From positions 96,001-160,000 of the forward strand of contig CAVZJB010000007.1 of NCBI GenBank assembly GCA_963775425.1: a DNA stretch of 64,000 nt, read 5' to 3'. Below, one piece after another: positions 1-8,521 of this stretch. A program made the position numbers and the translations under genes. Below the pieces are notes generated by a model. That model searched no databases, was not told where the DNA came from, and saw only the letters and a list, made by a program, of their open reading frames with translations. The DNA is from an uncultured delta proteobacterium (GTDB lineage: Bacteria > Myxococcota > UBA727 > VGSZ01). Every line of letters begins with the position of its first letter. The stretch's first letter is position 1.

Positions 1-8
1 GCAAGCGC

Positions 9-650
9 ATGACGTCCGACATCTCCGCGGGCGACGCCGGCCGGCGCCTGCGCGTCACCGCGCTGCACTTCGACATCGAGGGCTTCGGCGCGCGCGTGAG
101 CCGCGACCCGCCCGAGACCGTGGTGCAGTTGCTACACGAGGTCATGGGCGCCTGCGTCGCCATCGTCGAGGAGCATGACGGCCACGTGTCGCGCTTGATG
201 GGCGACACCTTGCTCGCCGTGTGGGGGCTGCCGAAGCCGGCCGAGGACGACGCGCTGCGCGCGGTGCGCGCGGCGTTCGCCATGATGGAGCGTTGCCGCG
301 CCGTCTCCGATGAGCGGCGCACGCGCGACGAGGAGGCGTTCACCGTCGGCATCGGCATGGCCACCGGCGACGCCGTCGTCGCCACCATCGGCAGCGCCGC
401 GCGGGCGGAGAGCGTCGTGGTCGGCGAGCCGGTGGCGCTGGCGCAGCGGGCGCAGGAGGAGGCCAAGGCCACCGGCTTCGGGCTGCTCGTCTCGGCCGAG
501 ACCTACGGCGCCGTGCGCACCGCGTTCGAGGGCGCAGCCACGCCGCCGATGCTCTTGCGCGGCTTCGGCGTGCCGCTGTCGTTGTTCCGCGTGCGCCCGC
601 GCGCCCCGAGCGGACCGCCGGGGCCGCTGTCGCCGCCGGCGGTCACGTGA
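9..650 (+). CDS. Class III adenylate/guanylate cyclase-like domain protein, probably degenerate
   Basis: FDIEGF and MGD metal-binding Asp motifs and GIGMATGDAVVATIG; the usual GDTVNxAxR motif reads GEPVALAQR. Confidence 0.8.
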   Translation: MTSDISAGDAGRRLRVTALHFDIEGFGARVSRDPPETVVQLLHEVMGACVAIVEEHDGHVSRLMGDTLLAVWGLPKPAEDDALRAVRAAFAMMERCRAVSDERRTRDEEAFTVGIGMATGDAVVATIGSAARAESVVVGEPVALAQRAQEEAKATGFGLLVSAETYGAVRTAFEGAATPPMLLRGFGVPLSLFRVRPRAPSGPPGPLSPPAVT

Positions 651-1324
651 CGACGTCGTTCGTGCGCGAGACCCGCTTCGGGATCCTCGCCGCCGTGCCC
701 GTCGAGCGCGCGCCCAGGGACGCGCTGTTGTCGGCGCTTCATCCGGACGAGGCGGCGTTGGCGTCGACGTGGGGCGAGCCTCGCGTGCGCACCTTCGCCG
801 CCGGACGGCGCGCGCTGCGGGAGGCGCTGGGGGCCCTGGCGTCGCCCGCCGCCGCGCGCGTGCTCGCGGGAGACACGGCGATCCTGCGCGACGACCGCGG
901 CGCGCCAATCCTGCCGGCCGGCGTGCGCGCCTCCGTCAGCCACAAGGACGACATCGCCGTCGCCCTTGCGTGCAGCGGTGACGGTTTCTTCCTCGGCGTC
1001 GACGTCGAGACGTTGCCGGGCCCGAGGGAGGACGTCGCGCGACACGTGCTCACACCCGCCGAGCGCGCGGAGCTCGCCCCCCTCACCGCAGAGGAGCGCA
1101 GGCGCGCGTTGGTGCTGCGCTTTTCGCTCAAGGAGGCCCTCTACAAGGCGCTCAATCCGTACGTCCGGCGCTACGTCGGCTTCCTCGAGGTGGAGGTGCG
1201 TCCCTCCGTCGACGACGCCGTCTTCACGCTCGCCCTCAAAGACGGCGAGGGCCCGTTTTCCACCGAGGCCATCCACCTCGCGGTGGAGGGGGCGTTCATC
1301 ACGGCCGTTCGCGTCTCGCAGTAA
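647..1324 (+). CDS. 4'-phosphopantetheinyl transferase (EntD/Sfp type)
   Basis: SVSH, LGVDVE and FSLKEALYKAL motifs; GTGA overlap with the upstream gene. Confidence 0.88.
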   Translation: MTTSFVRETRFGILAAVPVERAPRDALLSALHPDEAALASTWGEPRVRTFAAGRRALREALGALASPAAARVLAGDTAILRDDRGAPILPAGVRASVSHKDDIAVALACSGDGFFLGVDVETLPGPREDVARHVLTPAERAELAPLTAEERRRALVLRFSLKEALYKALNPYVRRYVGFLEVEVRPSVDDAVFTLALKDGEGPFSTEAIHLAVEGAFITAVRVSQ

Positions 1325-1333
1325 GCTCGAGGC

Positions 1334-2608
1334 GTGCCCAAGGAGCCGGGCGACCGCATCGGACGTTACGTGATCGACCGCCGCATCGGCGCGGGCGGGA
1401 TGGCCGAGGCTTATCGTGCGCACCAGGAGGGACCCGCCGGCTTCATGAAGCCCGTGGTCATCAAGGTCCTTCACCCCTGGCGCGCCACCGACGAAAAGAG
1501 CGTCGCGCAGTTCATGCGCGAGGCGCGCGTCGGCGCTCGGCTCAACCACACCAACGTCGTGCAGATCTTTGACGTGGGCGAAGAAGACGGTGAGCCGTTC
1601 ATCGCGATGGAATTCGTCGACGGGCTCACGCTCTTGCAGGCCACCAAGCGCTGTTGGGCCCTCGGCGACGGCATCGACGTCGACGTCGCCGTGCGCATCA
1701 TCGCCGCGGCCGCGTTGGGCCTCCACCACGCGCACTCGCTGAAGGACGAAGGCGGAACAGCCGTGGGGCTCGTGCACCGCGACATGAGCCCGGACAACAT
1801 CATGATCGCGCGCGACGGCACGGTGAAGCTGCTCGACTTCGGCGTCGCCAAGGTGTCCGGCGCCGACGCCACCCGCGGCGCCGACGTGAAGGGCAAGGTG
1901 CCGTATATGTCGCCCGAGCAGGTGAGCGCCGCCGACGTGGACCAGCGCGCCGACCTCTGGGGCCTCGGCGTCACGCTCTACTGGTGCCTCGCCGGCCGCC
2001 GCCCGTTCGCGGGCGTCAACGAGCTCGGTGTCATGCGCGCGATCATGGAAGACGCGCCGCCGCCGCTGCGCGCGCAGAACCCCGCGGTGTCGCCGGCGCT
2101 CGACGACGTCGTCATGGCGTGCCTCGAGCGCGACCGCGAAAAGCGCATCGGCTCCGCCGCCGAGCTCGCGGAGCGCTTGAGTGACCTGGTGCTGCCTACG
2201 CGCACGAACCCTGTGGCGCCGTTCATCGCCAGGCTGCTGACGTTCGACGACGACCCGCCCGAGCGGAAGCGCGCCACCGGCGGCTACCCGGCCGTGAAGC
2301 TGGAGCCCGACCAGACCGTGGTCCGGACGGCGCCGTCGCTGCCGCCGGCCGAGAGCGAAGCGCCCACCACGGGCTCCGGCGTGTTCGTCGCCCGCACGGT
2401 CGAGGACGGTCCCCTCGACGCCCCGAGCAGCGTCGTCGTCGCGCTGCCGGGCGTCGACCCCGACATCACCGAAGCCGACGTCTCCGCCACGATGCTCGCC
2501 ACGGTGCCCGCGCTGCGCCGGCGCCGCGCCGCCACCGCCGCCGCCGCCCTCGGCGCCGCGCTGATCGTCGTCGTCGTCGTCGTCGCGCTCGCGCTCGCCC
2601 TGCGCTGA
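1334..2608 (+). CDS. Hanks-type Ser/Thr protein kinase with C-terminal membrane anchor
   Basis: GAGGMA, VIK, HRDMSPDN, DFG, YMSPEQ; hydrophobic C-terminus. Confidence 0.93.
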   Translation: MPKEPGDRIGRYVIDRRIGAGGMAEAYRAHQEGPAGFMKPVVIKVLHPWRATDEKSVAQFMREARVGARLNHTNVVQIFDVGEEDGEPFIAMEFVDGLTLLQATKRCWALGDGIDVDVAVRIIAAAALGLHHAHSLKDEGGTAVGLVHRDMSPDNIMIARDGTVKLLDFGVAKVSGADATRGADVKGKVPYMSPEQVSAADVDQRADLWGLGVTLYWCLAGRRPFAGVNELGVMRAIMEDAPPPLRAQNPAVSPALDDVVMACLERDREKRIGSAAELAERLSDLVLPTRTNPVAPFIARLLTFDDDPPERKRATGGYPAVKLEPDQTVVRTAPSLPPAESEAPTTGSGVFVARTVEDGPLDAPSSVVVALPGVDPDITEADVSATMLATVPALRRRRAATAAAALGAALIVVVVVVALALALR

Positions 2609-2628
2609 CGCGGGGGACGAGCCCCGCC

Positions 2629-3657
2629 CTACGGGGAAACGGCGATCACAATCTTGCCCGCGTGCGCGCCCGCGGCGAGGTGCTCGAAGGCCGCCCGCGC
2701 GTCGTCGAAGGCGAAGACGCGGTCGATGATCGGGCGCACGCCTCCTTCCGAGAGCGCGCGGGCGCAGGCGACGAAGCCGTCGCGGTTGCCGACGAAGACG
2801 CCCTGCAGCCGGATGTTCTGCATGAGCACCGGGACCACGCTCACGTTGTCGGCGGCGCCGGCGAGCACGCCGATGACGAGGACGGTGCCGCCGACGGCGG
2901 TGGACTTGATGGAGCGCGAGAGCGTGCCGGCGCCGCCCACCTCGACGACGACGTCGGCGCCGTCGGGCCAGCGCGCGCGCACCTGCTTTTCCCAGTCGCC
3001 GTGCGCGCGGCGGTCGATGACGTCGTCGGCGAGGCCGCCGAGGGCCGCGCCGTCGGCGAAGCGCTCGGGCTTGGCCGTGACCACCGCCGTGCGCGCGCCG
3101 GCGCGCTTGGCGAGCTGCAGCGCGAACGTCGACACGCCGCCGCTGCCGAGCGCGAGCACGCGCTGCCCCGGCTGAACGCGCGCGTGCTCGACGAGGCCGC
3201 TCCACGCGGTGAGCGCCGCGCACGGCAGCGTGCTCGCCTCCTCGAAGCTCCAGCCCTCGGGGATGGGGGCGAGGCCGCTCTCCGGGAGGACGACGTGCGT
3301 CGCGAGCGTGCCCGGGAGCGGGCCGCCGAGCGTGTGCTTGATGCGCGCGCGCGACGGCGGCCCGCCGAGCCAGCCCTGCGCGAACATCGTGGCCACGCGC
3401 GCGCCGACGGCGCTGACGGCGGGGTCGCTGCAGCCGGCGCCGGCGGCGACGACCTCGCCGGCGCCGTCGGAGCACGGCACGAGCGGCAAGGGCTGCTTCG
3501 GGTTGTATTGCCCGCGCACCATCATCAGGTCGCGGTAGTTCAAGCTCACCGCGCGCACACGCACGAGCACGTGGCCCGGCGGCGGCGTGAGCTCGTCGAC
3601 GTCGACGCGCGCGAGGTTGTCGAGGCCGAACGCTCCTTGCACCTGCCACGCCTTCAT
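2629..3657 (-). CDS. NAD(P)-dependent alcohol dehydrogenase (MDR family)
   Basis: Start chosen at MKAWQVQG; SLNYRD, PCSDGAGEV, GSGGVS, GKIVI motifs. Confidence 0.9.
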   Translation of the reverse strand: MKAWQVQGAFGLDNLARVDVDELTPPPGHVLVRVRAVSLNYRDLMMVRGQYNPKQPLPLVPCSDGAGEVVAAGAGCSDPAVSAVGARVATMFAQGWLGGPPSRARIKHTLGGPLPGTLATHVVLPESGLAPIPEGWSFEEASTLPCAALTAWSGLVEHARVQPGQRVLALGSGGVSTFALQLAKRAGARTAVVTAKPERFADGAALGGLADDVIDRRAHGDWEKQVRARWPDGADVVVEVGGAGTLSRSIKSTAVGGTVLVIGVLAGAADNVSVVPVLMQNIRLQGVFVGNRDGFVACARALSEGGVRPIIDRVFAFDDARAAFEHLAAGAHAGKIVIAVSP

Positions 3658-4181
3658 CACGCTCCGCTGTCTACGTCCCCGGCATCCCCGGCGTCCACGT
3701 CGGCGACGCCGGCGTCGACGGGAGCGCGCGCTTTGTTCCGCAGGCGCTCGCCCTTCTTCAGGTTGCGCCAGAAGACCATCGTGGTCTCGTCGACGCCGCC
3801 GCGGGCCTCGACCGCGCGCAGCACGCTGACGCCGTCGGCGCAGTACGCCTTGGCGCGCTCGCGGGCGGCGCGCTCGTGCACCTTCAACGGGACACGCGGC
3901 TCGGTGGCGGTGGTGGTGACGTCGGCGAGGCGCACCACGCCTCCCGGCACCGGGCCCTCCACCACCTCGGCCTTCACGCGCGCCTCGCACACGCCGCTCG
4001 GTGCGCGATCGGTGTGAACGAGGACGCGCGGCTTCACGACCCGCTCCGGAGCCGTGACACACGCGCTCGCGATGACCAGGGCCGCGAGCGGCGCCGCGCC
4101 GAGGGTGCGTGCCGCGCCGTGGCGACCGCCGCGCGATGCGCGGCCCTGGCAGGGTGCGCGCCCCGCGACGGCCGGGGTCAT
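3657..4181 (-). CDS. Hypothetical lipoprotein
   Basis: C-terminal part of ORF 3657..5711; lipobox-like IASAC; start and stop overlap both neighbours. Confidence 0.6.
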   Translation of the reverse strand: MTPAVAGRAPCQGRASRGGRHGAARTLGAAPLAALVIASACVTAPERVVKPRVLVHTDRAPSGVCEARVKAEVVEGPVPGGVVRLADVTTTATEPRVPLKVHERAARERAKAYCADGVSVLRAVEARGGVDETTMVFWRNLKKGERLRNKARAPVDAGVADVDAGDAGDVDSGA

Positions 4182-6208
4182 CAGGCGCTCTTCTTGTGCT
4201 GCTGCGGCGCCGGCGGCGGCTTCGACTTCTTCCTCGCCGGCTTCCTTTTGTCCTCGGTGCGCGACTTCTCGAGGACGAGCTTCAGGTTCTCCACGGCCTC
4301 CACGGTCTGCTGCTTGTCGAGGCCGAGGATGTCGCGGAGCGCCTCGCCGATGGGGTCGAGGTAGCGGGTGATGTAGTCGCGCTTCTTCTGCTCTTCGGCC
4401 AGGTTCTTGCGGCGGCGCAGGAAGCGTTGCAGGCGGCGGCCCGCCTCCATCACCGCGAGGCGCATCTCCTTGAGCACCTCCGGGTAGTGCGCGATGGCCT
4501 CCTTGGACTCGCTCGTGTACGGCACCCACGCCGACGCGATGTGGATGAGGATGACCATCGGGCCCGTCGGCAGCGCGCCCTTCGCCTGCTGCACCTCGTA
4601 CGAGCGCCACGGCGCGCTCACCACCGCCTTGAACATCGCGCACCCGCTCGCCTGGTAGAGCAGCGGGACGCGGTTGGCGAAGCGGAACACCTTGGCGAGC
4701 TCGTCGCCGGGCAGCGTCTTGGAGTAGAGGATGCCGCACTCGACCTGGAACGGGTTGCCTCGATAGATGGCGGGCGGCCGCGTGACCGCGGTGACGAACA
4801 TGCTCTCGCCGAGGGCGATGACCTTGCCGCCGTCCTCGTCGTTTTGGATGCGCGCCTTGGCCGGCGCCGCCTGGCCATCGCCCGCCTCGCCGTCGCCCGC
4901 CTCGCCGTCGGCGGACGCGCCGTCGCCCGCCTGGCCGTCGGCGGACGCACCGTTCGCCGGCGCCGGCAGCGACGACGGCACCGCGCGCGCGAACGGGAGC
5001 TGGGGCAACGCTTCGCCCTTCTTGCGCTTGCCCGCCGCCTTGGCCGCGGTGGGCGGCGCAGGCGCAGGCGCGGGCTCCTCCTCGTCGGGGGCGACGGCGA
5101 CGGCCGGCTTTTGCTTGCCGAGGGTGAGGACCTCCTCGTCCTCCTCCTTGAGGTTGCCGATGTCGCCGTAGAGCGCGTAGAGCCCCTTGATCAACGCCTC
5201 CTCGCCGATGGGCGACAGGCAGTTGGTGGGCGGAGCCATCAGCTTCTGTTCCTGGATGGCGTTGAAGATCGACTCGCCCTCGGCGCGCGAGAGCTTGCCG
5301 CACTCGGCGTTCGGCGAGATCTTCGCGCGAGCGAGGATCTCGCCGGCGACGGCGGGCGTGACGCGCGAGAAGCTCGTGGTGAGGAACGCCTGCACCTTCT
5401 GCTTGCCGGCGTCGGCGAGCATGCGCTGGAGCGTGCCGAGCTCCACGCCGTGCGGGTGCGGGTTGATCTCCACCGGCTCCTTGGGCAGCTCGTCGATGAC
5501 GCGCACGAGGTCGAGCGTGTCCGTGCTCAGCGGGGGAGCGCCGCGCTCGAGCTGCGTCTTGCTCGCGAGCTTGTGCGTGCGGAAGAGGATGCGCGCGTGC
5601 GGGTTGGCCAGCGACGTCTGCTTCAGGTACGCCTCGATGCCGTGGCGGCCACCCTTCATCTGCGCCGCCATCAGAAGCTCGATGGAGGTGCCCGACGGCT
5701 TCTCCCGCCACCAGTCGCTCTCGGAGATCGCCTCGGACTCGACCTTGGGCTGGTTCTTCGCGGTGTCGATGAAGAGGTGGATGTGGTGCGGCTTGCCGCC
5801 CCGCATCTTGCTGATGATGTTGGCGGGCTCACCGGTGGTCATCTGGGCGTACATGACGGCGGCGGAGATGCCGATGCCCTGCTGACCGCGCGACTGCTTG
5901 AGACGGTGGAACTTGGAGCCGTACAAGAGCTTGGCGAAGATCTTCCCCATCTCGCTCTTGGGGATGCCCGGCCCGTTGTCCTCGATGCGCACCTTGTAGC
6001 GGCCCTCGCCGACCTCGGTGAGCTCGACGACGATCTCGGGCAGGATGCGCGCCTCCTCACACGCGTCGAGCGCGTTGTCCACCGCCTCGCGCACCGCCGT
6101 GAGGAGCGCCTTCTGCGGCGAATCGAAGCCGAGGAGGTGGCGGTTCTTCGAGAAGAACTCGCTCACCGCGATTTCGCGTTGGCGCGGCTGCTTTTCGGCG
6201 CTGGTCAT
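4181..6208 (-). CDS. top6B: DNA topoisomerase VI subunit B
   Basis: SEFFSKNRHLLGF, GHKL motifs EAVDNALDA / DNGPGI / SRGQQGIGIS, NPHA, RFANRVPLLY, VPYTSESKEAIA; start may be 6220. Confidence 0.96.
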   Translation of the reverse strand: MTSAEKQPRQREIAVSEFFSKNRHLLGFDSPQKALLTAVREAVDNALDACEEARILPEIVVELTEVGEGRYKVRIEDNGPGIPKSEMGKIFAKLLYGSKFHRLKQSRGQQGIGISAAVMYAQMTTGEPANIISKMRGGKPHHIHLFIDTAKNQPKVESEAISESDWWREKPSGTSIELLMAAQMKGGRHGIEAYLKQTSLANPHARILFRTHKLASKTQLERGAPPLSTDTLDLVRVIDELPKEPVEINPHPHGVELGTLQRMLADAGKQKVQAFLTTSFSRVTPAVAGEILARAKISPNAECGKLSRAEGESIFNAIQEQKLMAPPTNCLSPIGEEALIKGLYALYGDIGNLKEEDEEVLTLGKQKPAVAVAPDEEEPAPAPAPPTAAKAAGKRKKGEALPQLPFARAVPSSLPAPANGASADGQAGDGASADGEAGDGEAGDGQAAPAKARIQNDEDGGKVIALGESMFVTAVTRPPAIYRGNPFQVECGILYSKTLPGDELAKVFRFANRVPLLYQASGCAMFKAVVSAPWRSYEVQQAKGALPTGPMVILIHIASAWVPYTSESKEAIAHYPEVLKEMRLAVMEAGRRLQRFLRRRKNLAEEQKKRDYITRYLDPIGEALRDILGLDKQQTVEAVENLKLVLEKSRTEDKRKPARKKSKPPPAPQQHKKSA

Positions 6209-6241
6209 GCGCGTCGACATAGCGACACCGGTGATCGTCTG

Positions 6242-6991
6242 TCAACGCGCGCCGTGCCTTCCCTCTCCCGCGGCGAAGCGCTCCGCCCCTCGCTTCGCTT
6301 CGTCGAGCACGCGCATCCCGAGCGCGATCTCGTTGTGCATGGCGTCGTCGACGTCGAAGCTCTCGTGCGCGCTCTTGCGATCGCTCTTCATGCACGCCTG
6401 CGGGAACCGCGCGATCTCGCGCGCGAGCTCTTCCGCCGCGGCCCGCGCCTGCCCCCGCGGCACCACGCGGTTGGCGAGCCCGATGGCGAGCGCCTCCTGC
6501 GCGGCGACGGCGCGCCCGGTGAGGATGAGGTCGAGCGCGCGAGAGAGACCGATGAGCCGCGGCAGGCGCACGGTGCCGCCGTCGATGAGCGGCACGCCGA
6601 AGCGCCGGCAAAACACGCCGAGCACGGCGTCTTCCTCGACGACGCGGAGGTCGCACCAACACGCGAGCTCGAGGCCGCCGGCCACCGCGTAGCCGGCGAC
6701 GGCGGCGACGACGGGCTTTTGCAGGCGCATGCGCGTGGGGCCCATGGGTCCGTCGCCGTCGAGGGCGACGCGGTTGCCGGCTCCCGCGGCGAACGCCTTG
6801 AGGTCCGCCCCCGCGCAGAAGGTGCCGCCGTCGCCGAAGAGCACGGCGACCTTGGCGGTCTCGTCGGCGTCGAAGCAGCGGAAGGCGTCGGCGAGCGCCA
6901 GCGCGGTGGGCCCGTCGACGGCGTTCTTCACCTCGGGGCGCGACAGGATCACCGTCCAGATCTCGCCGCTCTTGTCGATGCGCACCGCCAC
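6242..6991 (-). CDS. Crotonase/enoyl-CoA hydratase family protein
   Basis: FCAGADL, GYAVAGGLELA, FCRRFGVPLIDGGT. Confidence 0.93.
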   Translation of the reverse strand: MAVRIDKSGEIWTVILSRPEVKNAVDGPTALALADAFRCFDADETAKVAVLFGDGGTFCAGADLKAFAAGAGNRVALDGDGPMGPTRMRLQKPVVAAVAGYAVAGGLELACWCDLRVVEEDAVLGVFCRRFGVPLIDGGTVRLPRLIGLSRALDLILTGRAVAAQEALAIGLANRVVPRGQARAAAEELAREIARFPQACMKSDRKSAHESFDVDDAMHNEIALGMRVLDEAKRGAERFAAGEGRHGAR

Positions 6992-7086
6992 GGGTCACCT
7001 CCGCGGCGGCGACGTTGCTTGCGGCCGCCGCCCTCGTCAACCGCGCACGCGGCGCGGAGGCGGAGCGCGCCGGCGCGACCGAACGA

Positions 7087-7683
7087 CTACGGCACGGTGA
7101 AGAAGAGGTCGCCGCTCTCGTCGCTCTCGGCGTCGAGGAGCGCGCCCTGCAGCGTCGCGGTGGCGGCGCCGCTGACGTTGATCTCGAAGGGGCCGCCCGC
7201 GCGCCCGTCGTAATTCACGGCCCAGGCCGTGTACGTGCCGGACTCGAGGCTGCCGTTGAAGAAGATGTTCTCCACGTGCGTGCCGGGGCCGCAGGAGAAG
7301 ATGCACTGGTCGACGTCGAGGAGCCCGCCGCCGGCCTCGGGGTTGCCGTAGTAGATCTCCTCGCCCTGCGGCGTCAGCACGTGCAGGTCGTAGTCCGCGT
7401 CGACCTCGAAGGTCAGCGTGACCTGAAGCACACCGATACCGACGCAGGTCCCGGCTTCGCACTCGGCGCCGGCGCCGCAGTCGTCGTCGGTGCTGCAGTC
7501 GTCGCCGGACGTGGTGGGCGGCGGCGGCTCCGGCGCCGCGGGCGGATCCGGCTCGGGGTCGGGCGCCGGATCCGGCGGCGGATCGGGGACGGAGACCAGG
7601 ACGTCGTCCGCGCACCCGGCGACGGCGGCCGCGGCTCCGAGGGCGATGACGAGGAAGGAGACGGCGCGGACCGGGTGGCGCAT
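7087..7683 (-). CDS. Lipoprotein with YfaP/DUF2135-like domain
   Basis: Lipobox VAGC; Pro-rich linker; Cys-rich module; LQVTLTF..D.DLHV.TP.GEEIYY...LDVD...ENI. Confidence 0.75.
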   Translation of the reverse strand: MRHPVRAVSFLVIALGAAAAVAGCADDVLVSVPDPPPDPAPDPEPDPPAAPEPPPPTTSGDDCSTDDDCGAGAECEAGTCVGIGVLQVTLTFEVDADYDLHVLTPQGEEIYYGNPEAGGGLLDVDQCIFSCGPGTHVENIFFNGSLESGTYTAWAVNYDGRAGGPFEINVSGAATATLQGALLDAESDESGDLFFTVP

Positions 7684-7788
7684 GCAGGGATTGTCGGCGC
7701 CGCCGCGGATGTCGGCTCCGGTCGTTCGGCGGACCGAGGCATCGGTCACACGGCGGGGGCGCGACCGTCCGCGCCCCCGCCGCGCGCG

Positions 7789-8292
7789 CTACTCGCCCTC
7801 TCCCTCGCCCTCTCCCTCGCCCTCGCCTTCGCCTTCACCCTCGCCTTCGCCTTCGCCGGCGGAGGGCGCACAGCTCTGGCCCGCGGGCGCGATGCCGTCG
7901 GCGCAGTCGCAATTCTGGTCGATGCCGTCGCCCTCGGGGTCGTCGGCGCCGGGGTGGATGGAGGCGTCGTCGTCGTTGCAGTCGGGGTTGGGCGCGAGGT
8001 TGTTGACGTCGTCGCAGGCCTCGACGCTGCCGTCCGCGGCCTTGCGGGTGGCGGTGAAGAAGCCGTCGCCGTCGCCGTCGACGGTGTCCGTGCACGGCGG
8101 CAACGGGGGCAGCCCGTAGCAGGCCATGAGCGTGACGGCGAAGGCGCTCCCCCCCGCGAGCATCGTCGCGATCCGGGTCACCCTCTTGAGGGCGCCTGCG
8201 GGCGGCGACGACGACGACGGGCAGCTCGGACAGCTCTGGCTCGACGACGGGATGAAGCCGCCGCACCTCGGGCAGCTCGACAACGAAGGCAT
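7789..8292 (-). CDS. Small Cys-rich lipoprotein with N-terminal zinc ribbon, CYG motif, acidic Cys repeat and (GE)n tail; candidate radical SAM substrate
   Basis: AGGAG RBS before ATG 8292; CPRC...CPSC; hydrophobic stretch ending LMACYG; DGDGDGF...DCND.DASIHPGA...DGIDQNCD repeat. Confidence 0.8.
   Translation of the reverse strand: MPSLSSCPRCGGFIPSSSQSCPSCPSSSSPPAGALKRVTRIATMLAGGSAFAVTLMACYGLPPLPPCTDTVDGDGDGFFTATRKAADGSVEACDDVNNLAPNPDCNDDDASIHPGADDPEGDGIDQNCDCADGIAPAGQSCAPSAGEGEGEGEGEGEGEGEGEGEGE
7792..7857 (-). repeat. (Gly-Glu)11 hexamer repeat
   Basis: 11 GGN-GAR hexamers with synonymous variation. Confidence 0.95.
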
Positions 8293-8521
8293 ATCTCTTC
8301 TCCTTGGATGAGCGCTCGCGCGCTGCCCCCGCCGACTCAAGGCACGTGCCACCTGCGCCTCACGGTCCACGCGCCGGCGTTCCCCGTCGGCGGCCTCGCG
8401 GAAAGTTGAGACGCGGCCGCCGCGCGCGACGCGGGTGTCGTGCGTGGGCGCACGCGAGGCCCGGCGCGCCTCGACGGGGGGCCGGCGCGCCGCCTGGCAT
8501 GCGCCGTGAAGAAACGACGGC

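Noticed and set aside
647-1324. PPTase as marker of an NRPS/PKS cluster
   Set aside because: No carrier, ketosynthase or adenylation domains in the window.
503-3649. Very long alternative-frame ORFs (also 4109..7213, 27752..30829, 30739..33474, 58901..61537)
   Set aside because: Shadow ORFs of real genes in high-GC DNA; Arg/Ala-rich with no motifs.
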